Shown here: positions 60,101 to 64,000 of the stretch, piece after piece
How the letters are laid out: every line of letters starts with the position of its first letter
Numbering within the stretch: position 1 is the stretch's first letter
NCBI GenBank assembly: GCA_051362555.1
Contig: CM120648.1
Span: forward strand, 2,829,721-2,893,720
Length of the DNA stretch: 64,000 nt
Source: Lingula anatina
Lineage: Eukaryota > Animalia > Brachiopoda
Reading direction: 5' to 3'
Made by a program: the position numbers and the translations under genes
Notes under the pieces: generated by a model
Seen by the model: only the letters and a program-made list of their open reading frames with translations
Database searches by the model: none
Told to the model about the DNA's origin: nothing

Positions 60101-63100
60101 CCCTGGCCACAGATGATTGCGCTGAGAACGCCACATGCGCCAACACCGTGGGCAGTTTCACCTGCACCTGCCTAGCTGGTTTCACCGGCGACGGCACAGC
60201 GTGTGATGATGTAGATGAATGTGCCCTGGCCACAGATGATTGCGCTGAGAACGCCACATGCGCCAACACCGTGGGCAGTTTCACCTGCACCTGCCTAGCT
60301 GGTTTCACCGGCGACGGCACAGCGTGTGATGATGTAGATGAATGTGCCCTGGCCACAGATGATTGCGCTGAGAACGCCACATGCGCCAACACCGTGGGCA
60401 GTTTCACCTGCACCTGCCTAGCTGGTTTCACCGGCGACGGCACAGCGTGTGATGATGTAGATGAATGTGCCCTGGCCACAGATGATTGCGCTGAGAACGC
60501 CACATGCGCCAACACCGTGGGCAGTTTCACCTGCACCTGCCTAGCTGGTTTCACCGGCGACGGCACAGCGTGTGATGATGTAGATGAATGTGCCCTGGCC
60601 ACAGATGATTGCGCTGAGAACGCCACATGCGCCAACACCGTGGGCAGTTTCACCTGCACCTGCCTAGCTGGTTTCACCGGCGACGGCACAGCGTGTGATG
60701 ATGTAGATGAATGTGCCCTGGCCACAGATGATTGCGCTGAGAACGCCACATGCGCCAACACCGTGGGCAGTTTCACCTGCACCTGCCTAGCTGGTTTCAC
60801 CGGCGACGGCACAGCGTGTGATGATGTAGATGAATGTGCCCTGGCCACAGATGATTGCGCTGAGAACGCCACATGCGCCAACACCGTGGGCAGTTTCACC
60901 TGCACCTGCCTAGCTGGTTTCACCGGCGACGGCACAGCGTGTGATGATGTAGATGAATGTGCCCTGGCCACAGATGATTGCGCTGAGAACGCCACATGCG
61001 CCAACACCGTGGGCAGTTTCACCTGCACCTGCCTAGCTGGTTTCACCGGCGACGGCACAGCGTGTGATGATGTAGATGAATGTGCCCTGGCCACAGATGA
61101 TTGCGCTGAGAACGCCACATGCGCCAACACCGTGGGCAGTTTCACCTGCACCTGCCTAGCTGGTTTCACCGGCGACGGCACAGCGTGTGATGATGTAGAT
61201 GAATGTGCCCTGGCCACAGATGATTGCGCTGAGAACGCCACATGCGCCAACACCGTGGGCAGTTTCACCTGCACCTGCCTAGCTGGTTTCACCGGCGACG
61301 GCACAGCGTGTGATGATGTAGATGAATGTGCCCTGGCCACAGATGATTGCGCTGAGAACGCCACATGCGCCAACACCGTGGGCAGTTTCACCTGCACCTG
61401 CCTAGCTGGTTTCACCGGCGACGGCACAGCGTGTGATGATGTAGATGAATGTGCCCTGGCCACAGATGATTGCGCTGAGAACGCCACATGCGCCAACACC
61501 GTGGGCAGTTTCACCTGCACCTGCCTAGCTGGTTTCACCGGCGACGGCACAGCGTGTGATGATGTAGATGAATGTGCCCTGGCCACAGATGATTGCGCTG
61601 AGAACGCCACATGCGCCAACACCGTGGGCAGTTTCACCTGCACCTGCCTAGCTGGTTTCACCGGCGACGGCACAGCGTGTGATGATGTAGATGAATGTGC
61701 CCTGGCCACAGATGATTGCGCTGAGAACGCCACATGCGCCAACACCGTGGGCAGTTTCACCTGCACCTGCCTAGCTGGTTTCACCGGCGACGGCACAGCG
61801 TGTGATGATGTAGATGAATGTGCCCTGGCCACAGATGATTGCGCTGAGAACGCCACATGCGCCAACACCGTGGGCAGTTTCACCTGCACCTGCCTAGCTG
61901 GTTTCACCGGCGACGGCACAGCGTGTGATGATGTAGATGAATGTGCCCTGGCCACAGATGATTGCGCTGAGAACGCCACATGCGCCAACACCGTGGGCAG
62001 TTTCACCTGCACCTGCCTAGCTGGTTTCACCGGCGACGGCACAGCGTGTGATGATGTAGATGAATGTGCCCTGGCCACAGATGATTGCGCTGAGAACGCC
62101 ACATGCGCCAACACCGTGGGCAGTTTCACCTGCACCTGCCTAGCTGGTTTCACCGGCGACGGCACAGCGTGTGATGATGTAGATGAATGTGCCCTGGCCA
62201 CAGATGATTGCGCTGAGAACGCCACATGCGCCAACACCGTGGGCAGTTTCACCTGCACCTGCCTAGCTGGTTTCACCGGCGACGGCACAGCGTGTGATGA
62301 TGTAGATGAATGTGCCCTGGCCACAGATGATTGCGCTGAGAACGCCACATGCGCCAACACCGTGGGCAGTTTCACCTGCACCTGCCTAGCTGGTTTCACC
62401 GGCGACGGCACAGCGTGTGATGATGTAGATGAATGTGCCCTGGCCACAGATGATTGCGCTGAGAACGCCACATGCGCCAACACCGTGGGCAGTTTCACCT
62501 GCACCTGCCTAGCTGGTTTCACCGGCGACGGCACAGCGTGTGATGATGTAGATGAATGTGCCCTGGCCACAGATGATTGCGCTGAGAACGCCACATGCGC
62601 CAACACCGTGGGCAGTTTCACCTGCACCTGCCTAGCTGGTTTCACCGGCGACGGCACAGCGTGTGATGATGTAGATGAATGTGCCCTGGCCACAGATGAT
62701 TGCGCTGAGAACGCCACATGCGCCAACACCGTGGGCAGTTTCACCTGCACCTGCCTAGCTGGTTTCACCGGCGACGGCACAGCGTGTGATGATGTAGATG
62801 AATGTGCCCTGGCCACAGATGATTGCGCTGAGAACGCCACATGCGCCAACACCGTGGGCAGTTTCACCTGCACCTGCCTAGCTGGTTTCACCGGCGACGG
62901 CACAGCGTGTGATGATGTAGATGAATGTGCCCTGGCCACAGATGATTGCGCTGAGAACGCCACATGCGCCAACACCGTGGGCAGTTTCACCTGCACCTGC
63001 CTAGCTGGTTTCACCGGCGACGGCACAGCGTGTGATGATGTAGATGAATGTGCCCTGGCCACAGATGATTGCGCTGAGAACGCCACATGCGCCAACACCG

Positions 63101-64000
63101 TGGGCAGTTTCACCTGCACCTGCCTAGCTGGTTTCACCGGCGACGGCACAGCGTGTGATGATGTAGATGAATGTGCCCTGGCCACAGATGATTGCGCTGA
63201 GAACGCCACATGCGCCAACACCGTGGGCAGTTTCACCTGCACCTGCCTAGCTGGTTTCACCGGCGACGGCACAGCGTGTGATGATGTAGATGAATGTGCC
63301 CTGGCCACAGATGATTGCGCTGAGAACGCCACATGCGCCAACACCGTGGGCAGTTTCACCTGCACCTGCCTAGCTGGTTTCACCGGCGACGGCACAGCGT
63401 GTGATGATGTAGATGAATGTGCCCTGGCCACAGATGATTGCGCTGAGAACGCCACATGCGCCAACACCGTGGGCAGTTTCACCTGCACCTGCCTAGCTGG
63501 TTTCACCGGCGACGGCACAGCGTGTGATGATGTAGATGAATGTGCCCTGGCCACAGATGATTGCGCTGAGAACGCCACATGCGCCAACACCGTGGGCAGT
63601 TTCACCTGCACCTGCCTAGCTGGTTTCACCGGCGACGGCACAGCGTGTGATGATGTAGATGAATGTGCCCTGGCCACAGATGATTGCGCTGAGAACGCCA
63701 CATGCGCCAACACCGTGGGCAGTTTCACCTGCACCTGCCTAGCTGGTTTCACCGGCGACGGCACAGCGTGTGATGATGTAGATGAATGTGCCCTGGCCAC
63801 AGATGATTGCGCTGAGAACGCCACATGCGCCAACACCGTGGGCAGTTTCACCTGCACCTGCCTAGCTGGTTTCACCGGCGACGGCACAGCGTGTGATGAT
63901 GTAGATGAATGTGCCCTGGCCACAGATGATTGCGCTGAGAACGCCACATGCGCCAACACCGTGGGCAGTTTCACCTGCACCTGCCTAGCTGGTTTCACCG
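47747..64000 (+). CDS. Large secreted C-type lectin / tandem calcium-binding EGF protein (3' end beyond the window)
   Basis: Exons are 47747-47810 (signal peptide MRKRWAAPLLLLLVLPVVCCK, phase 1), candidate 50486-50563 and 55283-55435 (phase 1-1, basic and Pro-rich), 56830-57037 and 57554-57779 (CTL: KCFKYF..AGAFC..ASLAIIES..TWIGL..WIDG..RNW..NCASI..WRNQRC..ALCE), and 58360 to beyond 64000 (cbEGF array). All phases are compatible. The link between the 5' exons and the CTL exons is inferred. Confidence 0.8.
47841..48088. mobile_element. Palindromic MITE (CACTA/EnSpm-like termini)
   Basis: CCCTGCGAAAATTTGTCTCATTTAACG...CGTTAAATGAGAAATTTTTGCAGTG form long imperfect inverted arms. Confidence 0.65.
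49163..49470. mobile_element. MITE related to family A
   Basis: AGACCCCATTCACATAGATACTATCGGTCTACGTGGATCGA...TCGATTCACGTAGACCGATGG..AATGGGGCCT with inverted ends. Confidence 0.6.
51108..55049 (-). mobile_element. Academ-like DNA transposon (internally deleted) with ~430-bp TIRs
   Basis: Termini are TAGTCTAGTGA...TCACTAGACTA, with TAG on both flanks (3-bp TSD). 51108-~51550 is the reverse complement of ~54620-55049. Minus-strand coding remnants at 51546-52474 (FWWAYMDMVSILLQFTRAQRDG, GNFVVKRS, HELLPVPASLA, IDVVFDRY) resemble the transposase/XPG-like protein of Academ elements. The family call comes from memory of motifs and terminal features. Confidence 0.75.
52932..53981 (+). mobile_element. 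Degenerate Tc1-like transposase nested in the Academ-like element
   Basis: HTH region IARQLIVSQGAVSKVL..RPRRLKVTTRREDR and DDE region VWASF..GNLNQKKYRDILE..LQDDIARPH..WPSNSSDMNPI, ending THY*. Several frameshifts. Confidence 0.88.
55333..55422 (+). repeat. Coding 15-bp repeat, (KGTPG) x6
   Basis: AAGGGTACRCCNGGW occurs six times, with variation only at third codon positions. Confidence 0.85.
55640..55846. mobile_element. MITE related to family A
   Basis: Shares GCTTAA.TGTCTG..ACTGAAGCTG..AATTAACT..GCAATTTAGCG..TAGATCGATC with family A. A similar copy lies at ~56500-56735. Confidence 0.6.
56068..56289. mobile_element. MITE family B (second copy)
   Basis: Near-identical to 20759-20970, with TTA flanks. 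Confidence 0.85.
56398..56469. repeat. (ATATT)n microsatellite
   Basis: Pure pentamer run. Confidence 0.95.
57853..58133. mobile_element. MITE with ~55-bp TIRs
   Basis: GGCATTCAGAATGGATGATCCGAGTACTGACTGATC..CCGACTAAATATGGC is inverted at ~58078-58130. Confidence 0.75.
58363..64000 (+). repeat. Coding tandem array of 123-bp units (about 45.8 copies in the window), each a calcium-binding EGF domain
   Basis: The unit translates to DVDECALATDDCAENATCANTVGSFTCTCLAGFTGDGTACD, with 6 Cys and the cbEGF signature DxDEC..CxNxxGSFxC. There are no introns between units. Confidence 0.97.

Noticed and set aside
58227-63998. 1923-aa minus-strand ORF
   Set aside because: It is the antisense shadow of the EGF array. 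One stop-free 123-bp unit repeated gives a long ORF automatically, and the plus strand has the domain signature and splice acceptor.

Overview
AT-rich, intron-containing eukaryotic DNA from an invertebrate, most likely a mollusc or other lophotrochozoan (inferred from gene content). I reconstructed five genes by hand from GT/AG boundaries and exon phases. (1) A minus-strand inhibitor-of-apoptosis gene (3 BIR, UBA-like region, RING; 1807-7861). Its 1.49-kb first large exon is an open frame of 496 codons with no in-frame ATG, and the 5'-most ATG in that exon (7847) is out of frame and followed by a U_UUA_AAA -1 slippery heptamer. (2,3) Two tandem intronless paralogs encoding unrecognised secreted 8-Cys proteins (33264-33662, 35321-35701), with a hypervariable patch. 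(4) An 11-coding-exon secreted CBM2-GH9 cellulase (37470-44269, minus), where two exon 3' ends are echoed in the adjacent intron. (5) A plus-strand secreted protein (47747 to beyond 64000) with a signal peptide, Lys/Pro/Gly-rich exons, a C-type lectin domain and a single exon of at least 45 near-identical 123-bp calcium-binding EGF units. Between the genes lie Tc1-like remnants, an Academ-like element with a nested Tc1, a CACTA-like element, an RTE-like LINE fragment, several MITE families, minisatellites and local duplications. No database searches were possible, so all family calls come from motif recognition.
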